Positions 1-13,100 of a DNA stretch of 64,000 bases are shown here, in pieces (positions within the stretch are counted from its first letter, which is position 1; each line of letters starts with the position of its first letter). Made by a program: the position numbers and the translations under genes. The stretch is from Heterodontus francisci (lineage: Eukaryota): assembly GCF_036365525.1 (NCBI RefSeq), contig NC_090373.1:21567935-21631934 (forward strand), written 5' to 3'. The notes under the pieces are model-generated. The model worked only from the letters and a program-made list of their open reading frames with translations, searched no databases and was not told the DNA's origin.

Positions 1-107
1 GAGAGACAGGAATAGAAGGTTATATTGATAGAGTTAGAAGAGGAGGAGTGAGAGGAGCCTCGCATGGAGCATAAACCAGTTGGCACCAATGTTCTTAGGC
101 TTCAGGG

Positions 108-921
108 TGTCATGCAGGCCCCCACCTGTGAAGACTGAGGCACATTAACATTAAAACTTAAAATTGTGTCTGGCAAGAAAAGAGGGCCTATCACAAGGAA
201 TTGCCAAGTCCCTAACTGGAAAGATATTTACATGCTAGCAAACAGTGTTAGAACAAGGGACCCAGTCCTTTCTTCCCCAATGCACAGTAGAAGTGGTCAG
301 ACCAGTTTAGTCACAAGACTAACTGACGGAGTTTTTTTTGAATTTGAACATGCTGAGAGAAAGAAACTCAAAGTTCTTTGTTCCTGGACTGAAAAGACCT
401 CTCTCCTGTCTGCTCTCATCTCTTTTTCACGGAACTGAAGATCCAATGAAGACACATGAATTCCAAGAGAGAAAAGTCGCCAACAGTGAACAAGGTTTAA
501 GAAAAATACTGGGCTCCAACGAAATGCAAGGCGACTCACAAACGGACTACAATGAGCTCAAAGCACAGTAAACAAGAAACTCTTCTGATTGCCTCAAACC
601 TCTCTACTTTATTTTTCTTCTGCTCTTTTTTGTCCCTATTTGCATGTGTGTATCGCGTGTGTGTGCTAGCGTGAGCGCGTCGTACATCCTTAGGCGTTAA
701 CCGAATTAAAGTTTAAGTTTAAATAAATTTCACTTTTCTTCAAATCTAAGAAAACCTGGTACGCTCATTTTTTTGCCATATAATTGGAAAGCAGTGAACA
801 AGGATTCATCAAGGGGGGGGGGGGAGCTCAAAACACTGTATTCAAAAATCAAACTCTGTTACAATAAGACCAGGTGAAGGCTGAAAAGACCCCTCGACAC
901 CTTTCTCACCTGGTCGTAACA
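108..921 (+). mobile_element. Solo LTR (Gypsy/ERV-type)
   Basis: TGTCATG...CGTAACA termini, 4-bp TSD AGGG (104-107 and 922-925), homologous inverted copy at 19021-19889. Confidence 0.85.
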
Positions 922-2599
922 AGGGGCTTCGCATTACGATCTGATCATTCTGTAACCCGGATTTAAAGAGGAAATACTCAATCAGCCATTTGCCCCAACT
1001 CAAACTGAACCAGTTACTGAGTCATGATAACTATTTCCACTGGTTGTTTCATATCTATGTTTTTGGTCACCTATCCTAACACCTCACGTGACTCAGTGTT
1101 AAATTTTGTTTGAAAATATTCCTGTGAAGCACCATAGGATGTTTTATTTTGTTAAAGTCACTAAATAAATATAGGTGATTATTACTGTATCTCATTAATA
1201 AGGAAAGTGAATAGCTAAAAAAAATTACGTAGCTATGGAGATAGGGCAGGAGGGTGGGACTGATTGGACAGTTCTTTGAGAGCTAATACTGGCACAATGG
1301 TCTCTTCCAAGGCAATAATATTGTGATTTTATATCAGAAGTCTAAAACACGACAAATAAAGCCAGGGGTGAAATTCTGGAGACAACTGTACTGATTTTTT
1401 AGAAATATAATTAACACAAAATGTCAAAGCTTACTCTGTAGGGAAACTTCAGCTTTCGAAGTTCATGTTCCAGTTTCTTGTTATAGGGTTCCGAAGCCTT
1501 GATGCAGCTAACGCCAATAGTTTCTACACTCTTGAGAACTAGAAGAGAAAAAGAAATTCCAGCTATATTTAAATTATTACAGCAGCTTTAGCTCTAATTT
1601 ACAATAGATTTTGGAAAGTTTTTGATTTTCCTACAAAATCAGGTGAGAGCACTACCCACTAAACCACAACTGTCACCTTTGTCAAAGAATTTCATGTAGA
1701 ACCCAAACACTGTCTGAGAAAAGACTTTATGATAAATTTGACCTAGATTCAGACCCTACAGCAGAGATGGAATGCTGCAGCTAGGAGACAACATCCTATA
1801 TAATACAGGAGACAACATCTCGTTCAGTTTGAATGGCCCTTAAAAGGTACTCGTACACCGCAGTGTTTTCACTAGACTTAACCTGCTGGTACTGATATGC
1901 TATGGGAACAAAAACACTTCAGCCAGTGTATTTTGATCACCACCTAATATTGCCTCCCCACTATTAGTGATAGCCTCTAACCACCAGTAGCTCAGCCTAG
2001 GACTATCTCCAGACACAGCCCGAATCTAGAAGGAAATTACAGGTTTTGTCCAATGATGGGCAAATGATGTCTGAATAATGTTTAAAACTTAGATTTTGTT
2101 GGGTGGAGATGTGGAGGAAATCTGGATCCTAATGAAAGAATTGGACACTTGTTCCAGATTCAAGACACTAAACCTGTGCCTTGATCCCATTTGAAATAGG
2201 GGAATGCTCCTGACAACAACCACTTACACATGAAATGGGGAAAGAACTGGGGAGTGGGGCTAACTGGATTCCTCTTCGACAAAGAGTCGGCACAGACTTG
2301 ATGGCCGAATAGCCTCCTTCTGTGCTGCAATGTTATATTCTATGAAACTGATTAATCATTCAAAGATGCAAAACTCGCAATAAGCTACCAACCCATCGTA
2401 CGGTCCCACTGCATAGAAATGAGGCACTGCAACTACCTCTGGACACACCGAGAACCAAATGAACAAGTGTCACCTTACAAAGTGCTGCACCCGGGCATTT
2501 AAGTAAATGACAGTCACTCATCACTGGTTCACGAAGCACTCAATCCAATTTACTGCTTAAGGCTCTATGATCAGAAAGTGGCAGATCAACTACAATTTT

Positions 2600-3335
2600 C
2601 TAACAACTTGCATTTATATTGCACCTTTAATATAGTAAAACGTCCCAAGGCTCTTCACAGGAGAATTAACAAACAAAATTTGACACTTAGGAACACAAGG
2701 AGATATTGGGATAGGAGAGCAAAATATTGAAATCCTGAACAGTCTTGACAAGGTGGATATGGCGAAGATGTTTCCTCTTGTGGGTGAGTCCGGAACTAGG
2801 GGGGCACAGTTTTAAAATTAGGGGTCGCCCTTTTAGGACAGAGATGAGATTTTTTTTTTTATCTCTGAGGGTTATCCAACTTTGGAACTCTGCCTCAGAA
2901 GGTGGTGGAGGCAGGGTCATTGAATATTTTTAAAGCAGAGGTAAATAGATTCTTGTTAGGCAAGGGAATCAAGGGTTATTGGGATAGATTGGAGTGTGGA
3001 ATTCGAAACACAAACAGATCAGCCATGACCTTACTGCATGGCGGAGCAGGCTCGAGGGGCCGAATGGCCTACTTTTGCTCCGAATACGTATGTTGGTCAG
3101 AGGTAGGATTTAAGGATAAGGCCTAAAGGACAGAGAGACGGCAAGGTTTAGGGAGGGATTTTTGAGCTTAGGGCACTTGCAGCTGAAGACGTAGTCACCA
3201 ATCGTGAGTGATGAATATCGTGAATTCTCAAGAAGCCAGAATTGGAAAAATGCAGAGAACTCAGGGTTGTAGGGCTGAAGCAGGGTAGAGAGATTGGGAA
3301 AGGCGATGCCATGGAGAGATTTGAATCAAGGATTT
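2600..3335 (-). mobile_element. L2-type LINE 3' remnant, interrupted by a CR1 tail
   Basis: Terminus acaacttgcatttatat... of the type also ending the DeuSINE copies; resumes after 3095. Related remnants near 26745-27110, 51780-52020 and 62170-62410. Confidence 0.5.
2726..3094 (+). mobile_element. CR1 LINE 3' fragment
   Basis: Encodes GHSFKIRGRPFRTEMRFFF...LWNS, the CR1 ORF2 C-terminus, followed by the CR1 3' UTR (ggccgaatggcctact). Confidence 0.85.
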
Positions 3336-3394
3336 CCGAGTCTGGAGCTTAGTTGCATACAGGTTGTCTTTTCAGTACTGGCCAATATCAGACC

Positions 3395-4592
3395 CCTTTC
3401 CTAAACTGAGTGGTGTGAAACAGGGCTGTGTTCTCGCACCTATACTGTTTGGGATCTTCTTCTCCCTGCTGCTCTCACATGCGTTCAAGTCTTCAGAAGA
3501 AGGAATTTTCCTCCACACAAGGTCAGGTGGCAGGTTGTTCAACCTTGCCCGTCTAAGAGCCAAGACCAAAGTACGGAAGGTCCTCATCAGGGAACTCCTC
3601 TTTGCTGACGATGCTGCATTAACATCCCAAACAGAAGAGTGTCTGCAGAGACTCATTGACAGGATTGCAGCTGCCTGCAACAAATTTGGCCTAACCATCA
3701 GCCTCAAGAAAACGATCATGGGACAGGACATCAGAAATGCTCCATCCATCAATATTGGCGACCACGCTCTGGAAGTGGTTCAAGAGTTCACCTACCTAGG
3801 CTCAACTATCACCAGTAACCTGTCTCTCGATGCAGAAATCAACAAGCGCATGGGAAAGGCGTTTGCTGCTTTGTGCAGACTGGCCAAGAAAGTGTGGGAA
3901 AATGGTGCACTGACACGGAACACAAAGGTCCAAGTGTATCAAGCCTGTGTCCTCAGTAACTTGCGCTACGGCAACGAGGCCTGGACGACGTATGTCAGCC
4001 AAGAGCGACATCTCAATTCATTCCATCTTCGCTGCCTCCGGAGAATCCTTGGCATTAGGTGGCAGGACCGTATCTCCAACACAGAAGTCCTCGAGGTGGC
4101 CAACGTCCCCAGCATATACACCCTACTGAGTCAGCGGCACTGAAGATGGCTTGGCCATGTGGGCCACATGGAAAATGGCAGGATCCCCAAGGACACATTG
4201 CACAGCGAGCTCGTCACTGGTATCAGACCCGCCGGCCGCCCATGTCTCCGCTTTAAAGACGTCTGCAAACGCAACATGAAGTCCTGTGACATTGATCACG
4301 AGTCAGTTGCCAGTTATCGCCAGAGCTGGCGGACCGCCATAAAGGCGGGGCTAAAGAGTGGCGAGTCGAAGAGAGACTTAGCAGTTGGCAGGAAAAAAGA
4401 CAGAAGCGCAAGGGGAGAGTCAACTGTGTAACAGCCCCGACAACCAATTTTATCTGCAGCACCTGTGGAAGAGTCTGTTGTTCTGGAACTGGCCTTTATA
4501 GCCACTCCAGGCATTGCTTCACAAACCACTGACCACCTCTAGGCGCTTACCCATTGTCTCTCGAGACAAGGAGGCCAAAGAGAGAGGGAGAG
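3395..4592 (+). mobile_element. 5'-truncated RTE-clade LINE (RT fragment and 3' end)
   Basis: ORF 3364-4143 with GVKQGCVLAP, LFNLARLRAKTKV and LLFADD; premature stop; ends in ...gccaaagagagag tail. Confidence 0.9.
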
Positions 4593-6354
4593 AGATTATA
4601 GTATAACTAGTCACTTTGCCAAGGATATTTTCTCCTCTCCCATGCCCATCCAGATAATCTCCCCTAGGAATTTTGAAATCAGCTAGAAAAGCACAGATGT
4701 ATACCCAGGGGATGGGAAGGTGATTATCCCTCCAATGTTCCTATGGTGAAGCACCATTGTTACCAGCAAAAGCTCAGTGAGGATTAGAGGCTTGACGTTT
4801 GAATTCAGAGAATAATGTATTTTTGGGTGGGGTGGTGGGGACAGTTAATGCTATTTTCAACAGGCAATTGAAGAGTCTTTGACATTCTTGTGGTATGCTT
4901 GCAAAATTTGTTAGATTGCTCACTGGATAATAAACTCCAAACTACACAAAGCTCAATCTGAGCGAACAGATTTACATTTTTTGCGTTTCCTTCACGGTCT
5001 AACTTCATTTACTCTGTTGATTGCTGGGTAGAGGGGAGGTCAAGAAAACAAAAAAATACAGGCAAGTCTAAATCAGCACCCACTAAATTCATCATCCCCA
5101 GTGGAAAGAATGTAAGATTCAAGATTAATTTACATTTAGAGATGCAATTTTTTTTTTACACTGGTCTGGACAGCACAGAGAAAATATTTCTACTTCTACC
5201 AACGAGGCGGAGTGTACAGTCACAGCAAGCTTTTGGAGTCATTAACTGCCAAACAATAAACATTGGTCCAAGAGATTTAAAGAAAGGAAACAGAAATTTT
5301 AAAAATGTTGAAAACACATAGCAAGTTAACCAATGTCAGAAAGAGAAAGACGTTAAGATTCCTGATGTGACGTTTTAGCCAAGTTCACAAAGTGCAGACA
5401 AGGATGCTATTTGGCCATGAAACTCATCCTTTCCTAAACAGCCAGCTCAAGACCTTGAGAGATGAGAATGCACCAGCCACAATCAGCTGAAATTTAAGCA
5501 CGGTCTAAGCTAATCAGACGGGGAGGGAGGGAAGAAATAAAACTGAAGTGGAGGCACTGTGTTCAATGAGACCATTCCGTAACGAGAAGTTAGAATATCG
5601 AATTCAATGTCAAATCATGTGTAGAAAGTGAAGTGAGAGAAACAGTAAGAGTAGGATTAGAGAGAAAGTTAAAAAAAAACTTCAATAAAAAAGAAACTTA
5701 AGGAATGAGACTTCACATTTGTGATAGTTAATTTTCAGTGCCAGAGAGGTTGCTGGCAGTAATTAACACGTATCAAGCTGTTAAAAAGTTATTACACTGG
5801 AATGGGAAAGTCCTAACTTTCGCTGACATGTTTTATGTATATCGGGTAAGTACCGCAGCTTTGCACCCTTTCGTGTGTTGCAATGGCAAGTTTCTCAACG
5901 AGATAATGTTAGGATGCTGCTTCGGGACAAACAGGGAGACTCAGACAGCAACTTCCATTTTAACTGTGCATGTGCCGTCACTGGAAGTTGCTGTCAGATG
6001 TCCATGAGTAATAGTGAGTGCCGATAACCTCACTGTTATTTCGACCACAAAATCCCACCTAATGTTAAAGCATGACTGGTATAATGAAATTCCAATGCCA
6101 TTTTCAATCATCACATAAAAAAAACAAGTAAAGACCGTGTACAATCCCTTTCAACCTCTGATGGCCTGACAGGATCTTTTTGATATAAGACAGATTAGCT
6201 TCTGATCGATTAATACTTAACTTTCACTCAATATTACTCCCCTTAACCTAAGCCAGATTTTCACATTGAAATTCTGCTTGAATGCATTCACACTAAATGC
6301 TAGTGATCTTTGTGAATAAGGTGTTTCACATTTACAGAACATTTATGGAATAAT

Positions 6355-6745
6355 CCATGGCTTGGTGGGTAATATTTCCACCTCAGTCAGTAGGTTCAAA
6401 TTCCACTTCAGAGTCTGGAGCAGAGAATCAAGGCTGACACTCCAGTGTGGTACTGAAGGAAAGCTGCATTGTCGGAGGTGCTGTCGTTTGAACGAGACAT
6501 TAAACCCAAGCCCCATCTGCCCTCTCCAAAGCATGTAAATTGGTCCACAGTACAATTTCGAAGAGCAGGGGGGTTCTCCCCAATATTTGTCCCTCAATCA
6601 ACTCCACAAAAAAAGACTATCTGGTCATTGCAAATTATATGAGAGATCTTGCTGTGTGCAAATTGGCTACTGCGTTTCCTACTTTACAACAGTGAATACA
6701 CTTAAACAGTACTTCATGTGCTGTAAAATGCTTTGGGATTCTTTA
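6355..6745 (+). mobile_element. DeuSINE (SacSINE1-like)
   Basis: tRNA-like head, Deu-domain-like gtcggaggtgctgtcgtttgaacgagacattaaacc... and L2-like tail; homologous to 28445-29085 and 31345-31750. Confidence 0.75.
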
Positions 6746-6800
6746 CAGTGTGTGTCTCTCTCTCCCATCTTATCCCATCCAGGTTATACTCCAGAAAGCC

Positions 6801-6993
6801 TGTTATTGAAGGATCAAAACTGGAGCCAATTTATACACTATTATAAGCATTTATTTACAAAGTTACACATTACAAGCATACAACTCCTAACCCAAGTACC
6901 ACGGTTCCAATTTTTGTCTATTTATAGGGCACAAGTAAATCCCCAATTAATGCCCACCACCTGCAATCAAATACAATTAATATACAATTAACA
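6801..6993 (-). repeat. 3' LTR of the copia element (193 bp)
   Basis: TGTTA...TAACA inverted termini; minus-strand TATA (ctataaata) and AATAAA; purine tract gagagaaagaaa just upstream (6994-7010). Confidence 0.75.
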
Positions 6994-9805
6994 GATTTCT
7001 TTCTCTCACTAAATAAAATATGTACAACTAAAGCCCCCATATTCTGTACAAAGCATTACAATGCAAGACACCTCTTCTCTCGGACACCAAATAAATGCTC
7101 AGGATGTGCATTGTTTTACAAAAAGAGTTGATGACTTGCATCATCCATTTAATTTTAGAGATTTCTTTATCTCGAGCATTTGTTTCAAGCCAGTAAGATC
7201 AATCCATAACCTTTTCTCACTCATGCTTTTCGTAGCGTGTACATTATCAAACAATGAACAATTATCTAGATAACATTCAATGGGTATACTATCAATGCAC
7301 CCATTCTAGAGTCTCGCACTTTTTAACAAACAGAATCCCATACCTACTACCTCCACAATAGCCAATGTTTCAGCAGCCAAAGTACTTTTAACAACCCTTT
7401 TCATTTTCTTAGCTTCCCAAGCTAAAGGACATGTCCCATTTTCACGCATCAGAAATGTTATGAAACCAGCTGCACTAGAATACCCATCAGGAAGATAAGC
7501 TTGTGAAGCATTGCTAAAAATGACTAGCTTCACGTTCTTTGGGTCATCTAAGGATGGGAACTTGAGTACACATTTTTCCAGATTTAATTTTTGAAATGTT
7601 TTATTTTCCCTTAAAACATATTCGACTTTAGGGCGTTTCATCAAACCACTTAACTCCAATACATCAAAACTAGCATCTGGTCTAGTCGGAGTGCCCAACC
7701 AGTTCAACTAACCAATCAAGCTTCCAAACCAATATATTTAAAAGCCCCACAAGCCTGACTCCCAATTTGAAATTCTACTCTAATTTTTACACATTTCTCA
7801 AATTCTGCAGTACCACTCCATAAGAAACTGTCAACATGTATCATGCAGATGCCTGAAAGTTTTCCTTTATGATACCAATAAAATATTTCAGGATCTGCCT
7901 TTAGTTGAACACAACCTATTTTCAGCAAAACATCTCTTGATGAAAAGTACCACACTCTGGAAACATCATTCAGGCCATATAGATATTTGTTTAGTTTCCA
8001 TTGTTTTCGTTCTGCACCTCCTGCCTCTTTGGGTCATTTCTGAAACACTTCTCTCTGAAAAGTATCGCCTTACAGAAATGCAGTTCTTATGACAATTGAT
8101 CTGCACTTCCATGAATATGTGGCCAAAAGAGTGAAAAAGATTTTTAAGGTTATTTTTCCAACATTGGGAGAATCCACTCTAACATCTGTATCACCCAGCT
8201 GCTCTTCAAAATCCCTAGCAACTTGTCTCATTTTAGCCTTATAAAACCCATCGGCAAGGATTTTTTCAGTACAATCAATCTAGGTGACAAAGCTGGTTAC
8301 CCCATATCTGGTACCTCAGAATAAATTACAAACTCTCGCCAACTAATTCCCTTTGTTCTGCCTCTCATTAGTTTATCCTCAAGTTTATTGGCAGCCACCA
8401 AAACTTCAGTCGTGAAACTTCTGCTTCTGGCTCTGTTCAGATACAACGTGGCCCTCATTTCATTGTGTAATCTTTTAAGCTATGGCCTCTACTTGCCCTT
8501 TTATGTCTGTCAGGACTACAAATGTATGATCTCCCTCTTGCACTATCACAGGCTCTTCAGTATGTGATCATTTTCTGACACGAGTCACTTCCGGACCCAC
8601 TATCGGTACTTGTAACTTGAAGACAATTTGTTTTTCCTCTGATTCTTATCACCTGATGCAATTAATATTTATCTCACACTGATGAGAAACATCAGGTTTT
8701 GTTAAGGGGATTCAATAACGTCCGGACTGAATAAACTGATTTACTGACTTTCCAAAAATAATTATCTTACCATGTTCCATGCCAAGTTTCATTTGTGCCT
8801 TTTTCATCGGTTTACTCAACAGCATGGGTATCTCACTAGAGACAACAGTACTTACAAAATGGCTCACTGAAGCTATTTTACATGGAATTATAATGCTCTT
8901 TAGTGATCTCAATGCGCTATTATCAAAGCTAAAGAAAGTAGTACTTTTATAGTCAACCGTGCGACAATCCTCACTACTGTTCCACATACTGTTGAAGTAT
9001 AAGCACCATCTAGAATGGCAGTTAAAGGCGTCCACGTCTAACACATTCATCACAGGATTAAAATTCCTTGTGGCCGATGTAATTCATTGAGATTTATCAT
9101 TAACTTCATCCTCTTCCTCAGAATTCTCCCCATCATGTGTCGTTTTGAGGATCCTGCCTCTCCACATTAGGCAATTCATTACACGATAGTTCAAGTCAGA
9201 CCTGAAGCATTCATTCGCTGTTCCTTGGGCACTCTTGAGATTCACTGACCCATTATTTTTGTTTCAATTTTGTCTTCTGTTCTAATAGCCAGCTCTGCCC
9301 ATCTTTAATCCTTCCATTGTATTGGTGTCTGTGTCCACTACCTGGCCCATTTTGAAATCTGGCAATCACGGAGTCCTCTATTCTGTGTCACTGCAGAATG
9401 TCCCATTTGTTCCACGAAGGCTGAAGGAAATAATTTTTCCCCAGGAATTTCTTTTTCTTTTAAAAAGACAGCAGATATCTGATCTGACAGGGTCTCCTTC
9501 TCAGAGAACCAAACACCAGTTAGAAACAGAAGCATCTCCGTTTGAGACACCTTAGCACAATGCAGTAACTTAGATGCAAGTTCTGAACCAGGGATCTCCA
9601 AAGTGAACTGTCAATCTTTACTACAATCTGTTAAAGTCCATGATGTATTCGTCCACGGGAAGACCATCTGTTTTCCGAAATCCATCAGTCAGACGATGCC
9701 TCGCTGACATTTAGCAGATCATCTTTCTTGTAGATTTCATCCAGGACCTCTAATAGCAGGTCTAAACCTTCATAACTATCCAACTGATGGGCATCCAGCT
9801 CACTT
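6801..9805 (-). mobile_element. Decayed Ty1/copia LTR retrotransposon, GalEa-like
   Basis: Minus strand in order: gag (LDEIYKKDDL, DEYIMDFNRL), protease AILDGAYTSTVCG (~8990-9020), RT (LYGLNDVSRVWY, CMIHVDSFL, TRPDASF), RNase H (LAWEAKKMKRVVKSTLAAETLA), PPT and 3' LTR; many stops and frameshifts; no integrase recognised. Confidence 0.85.
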
Positions 9806-10133
9806 TGGGCGGCACAGTGGCGCAGTGGTTAGCACCGCAGCCTCACAGCTCCTGCGACCCGGGTTCAATTCTGGGTACTGCCTGTGTGGAGTTTGCAAAT
9901 TCTCCCTGTGTCTGTGTGGGTTTCCTCCGGGTGCTCCGGTTTCCTCCCACATGCCAAAGACTTGCAGGTTGATAGGTAAATTGGCCATTAGCAATTGCCC
10001 CTAGTGTAGGTCAGTGTTAGGAAAATAGGTGGGGATGTGGTAGGAATATGGGATTAGTGTAGCATTAGTAGAAATGGGTGGTTGATGGTCGGCACAGACT
10101 CGGTGGGCCGAAAGGGCCTGTTTCAGTCTCTAA
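9806..10133 (+). mobile_element. HE1-type V-SINE
   Basis: tRNA head with A/B boxes (tggcgcagtgg, gggttcaattc), V-domain gtgtggagtttgc...ggtttcctcccac and CR1-like tail; closely similar to 58795-59141. Confidence 0.9.
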
Positions 10134-13100
10134 ANNNNNNNNNNNNNNNNNNNNNNNNNNNNNNNNNNNNNNNNNNNNNNNNNNNNNNNNNNNNNNNNNN
10201 NNNNNNNNNNNNNNNNNNNNNNNNNNNNNNNNNNNNNNNNNNNNNNNNNNNNNNNNNNNNNNNNNNNNNNNNNNNNNNNNNNNNNNNNNNNNNNNNNNNN
10301 NNNNNNNNNNNNNNNNNNNNNNNNNNNNNNNNNNNNNNNNNNNNNNNNNNNNNNNNNNNNNNNNNNNNNNNNNNNNNNNNNNNNNNNNNNNNNNNNNNNN
10401 NNNNNNNNNNNNNNNNNNNNNNNNNNNNNNNNNNNNNNNNNNNNNNNNNNNNNNNNNNNNNNNNNNNNNNNNNNNNNNNNNNNNNNNNNNNNNNNNNNGG
10501 GGAGTGGGAGGGGAGAGGGGAGAGGGGAGTGGGAGGGGGGAGGGGGGAGTGGGAGGGGGGGAGGGGGGAGTGGGAGGNNNNNNNNNNNNNNNNNNNNNNN
10601 NNNNNNNNNNNNNNNNNNNNNNNNNNNNNNNNNNNNNNNNNNNNNNNNNNNNNNNNNNNNNNNNNNNNNNNNNNNNNNNNNNNNNNNNNNNNNNNNNNNN
10701 NNNNNNNNNNNNNNNNNNNNNNNNNNNNNNNNNNNNNNNNNNNNNNNNNNNNNNNNNNNNNNNNNNNNNNNNNNNNNNNNNNNNNNNNNNNNNNNNNNNN
10801 NNNNNNNNNNNNNNNNNNNNNNNNNNNNNNNNNNNNNNNNNNNNNNNNNNNNNNNNNNNNNNNNNNNNNNNNNNNNNNNNNNNNNNNNNNNNNNNNNNNN
10901 NNNNNNNNNNNNNNNNNNNNNNNNNNNNNNNNNNNNNNNNNNNNNNNNNNNNNNNNNNNNNNNNNNNNNNNNNNNNNNNNNNNNNNNNNNNNNNNNNNNN
11001 NNNNNNNNNNNNNNNNNNNNNNNNNNNNNNNNNNNNNNNNNNNNNNNNNNNNNNNNNNNNNNNNNNNNNNNNNNNNNNNNNNNNNNNNNNNNNNNNNNNN
11101 NNNNNNNNNNNNNNNNNNNNNNNNNNNNNNNNNNNNNNNNNNNNNNNNNNNNNNNNNNNNNNNNNNNNNNNNNNNNNNNNNNNNNNNNNNNNNNNNNNNN
11201 NNNNNNNNNNNNNNNNNNNNNNNNNNNNNNNNNNNNNNNNNNNNNNNNNNNNNNNNNNNNNNNNNNNNNNNNNNNNNNNNNNNNNNNNNNNNNNNNNNNN
11301 NNNNNNNNNNNNNNGGGGAGGGTGGAGGGGGGAAGGGGGGAAGGGGGAGGGTGGAGGNNNNNNNNNNNNNNNNNNNNNNNNNNNNNNNNNNNNNNNNNNN
11401 NNNNNNNNNNNNNNNNNNNNNNNNNNNNNNNNNNNNNNNNNNNNNNNNNNNNNNNNNNNNNNNNNNNNNNNNNNNNNNNNNNNNNNNNNNNNNNNNNNNN
11501 NNNNNNNNNNNNNNNNNNNNNNNNNNNNNNNNNNNNNNNNNNNNNNNNNNNNNNNNNNNNNNNNNNNNNNGAAGGTGGAGGGGGAAGGGGAAGGTGGAGG
11601 GGGAAGGGGAAGGAGGAGGGGGAGGGGGAAGGGGAGGGGGAAGGGGGAGGGGAAGGTGGATGGGGANNNNNNNNNNNNNNNNNNNNNNNNNNNNNNNNNN
11701 NNNNNNNNNNNNNNNNNNNNNNNNNNNNNNNNNNNNNNNNNNNNNNNNNNNNNNNNNNNNNNNNNNNNNNNNNNNNNNNNNNNNNNNNNNNNNNNNNNNN
11801 NNNNNNNNNNNNNNNNNNNNNNNNNNNNNNNNNNNNNNNNNNNNNNNNNNNNNNNNNNNNNNNNNNNNNNNNNNNNNNNNNNNNNNNNNNNNNNNNNNNN
11901 NNNNNNNNNNNNNNNNNNNNNNNNNNNNNNNNNNNNNNNNNNNNNNNNNNNNNNNNNNNNNNNNNNNNNNNNNNNNNNNNNNNNNNNNNNNNNNNNNNNN
12001 NNNNNNNNNNNNNNNAGGGGGAAGTGGAGGGGGAGGGGGAGGGGGAAGTGGAGGGGGAGGGGAGGGGGAAGTGGAGGGGGANNNNNNNNNNNNNNNNNNN
12101 NNNNNNNNNNNNNNNNNNNNNNNNNNNNNNNNNNNNNNNNNNNNNNNNNNNNNNNNNNNNNNNNNNNNNNNNNNNNNNNNNNNNNNNNNNNNNNNNNNNN
12201 NNNNNNNNNNNNNNNNNNNNNNNNNNNNNNNNNNNNNNNNNNNNNNNNNNNNNNNNNNNNNNNNNNNNNNNNNNNNNNNNNNNNNNNNNNNNNNNNNNNN
12301 NNNNNNNNNNNNNNNNNNNNNNNNNNNNNNNNNNNNNNNNNNNNNNNNNNNNNNNNNNNNNNNNNNNNNNNNNNNNNNNNNNNNNNNNNNNNNNNNNNNN
12401 NNNNNNNNNNNNNNNNNNNNNNNNNNNNNNNNNNNNNNNNNNNNNNNNNNNNNNNNNNNNNNNNNNNNNNNNNNNNNNNNNNNNNNNNNNNNNNNNNNNN
12501 NNNNNNNNNNNNNNNNNNNNNNNNNNNNNNNNNNNNNNNNNNNNNNNNNNNNNNNNNNNNNNNNNNNNNNNNNNNNNNNNNNNNNNNNNNNNNNNNGGGT
12601 GAGGGGGAAGGGGGAAGGGGGAGGGGGAGGGGGGAGGGGGAGGGGGGAGGGGGGAGGGGAAGGGGGGAGGGGGAGGGGGAAGGGAAGAGGGGAAGGGAAT
12701 ATGGGAGGGGGAGGGGAGACNNNNNNNNNNNNNNNNNNNNNNNNNNNNNNNNNNNNNNNNNNNNNNNNNNNNNNNNNNNNNNNNNNNNNNNNNNNNNNNN
12801 NNNNNNNNNNNNNNNNNNNNNNNNNNNNNNNNNNNNNNNNNNNNNNNNNNNNNNNNNNNNNNNNNNNNNNNNNNNNNNNNNNNNNNNNNNNNNNNNNNNN
12901 NNNNNNNNNNNNNNNNNNNNNNNNNNNNNNNNNNNNNNNNNNNNNNNNNNNNNNNNNNNNNNGGGAGGAAGNNNNNNNNNNNNNNNNNNNNNNNNNNNNN
13001 NNNNNNNNNNNNNNNNNNNNNNNNNNNNNNNNNNNNNNNNNNNNNNNNNNNNNNNNNNNNNNNNNNNNNNNNNNNNNNNNNNNNNNNNNNNNNNNNNNNN

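Noticed and set aside
9806-9880. tRNA gene-like A/B boxes (also near 59070-59141, 28450 and 61270)
   Set aside because: These are SINE heads continuing into SINE bodies, not standalone tRNA genes.
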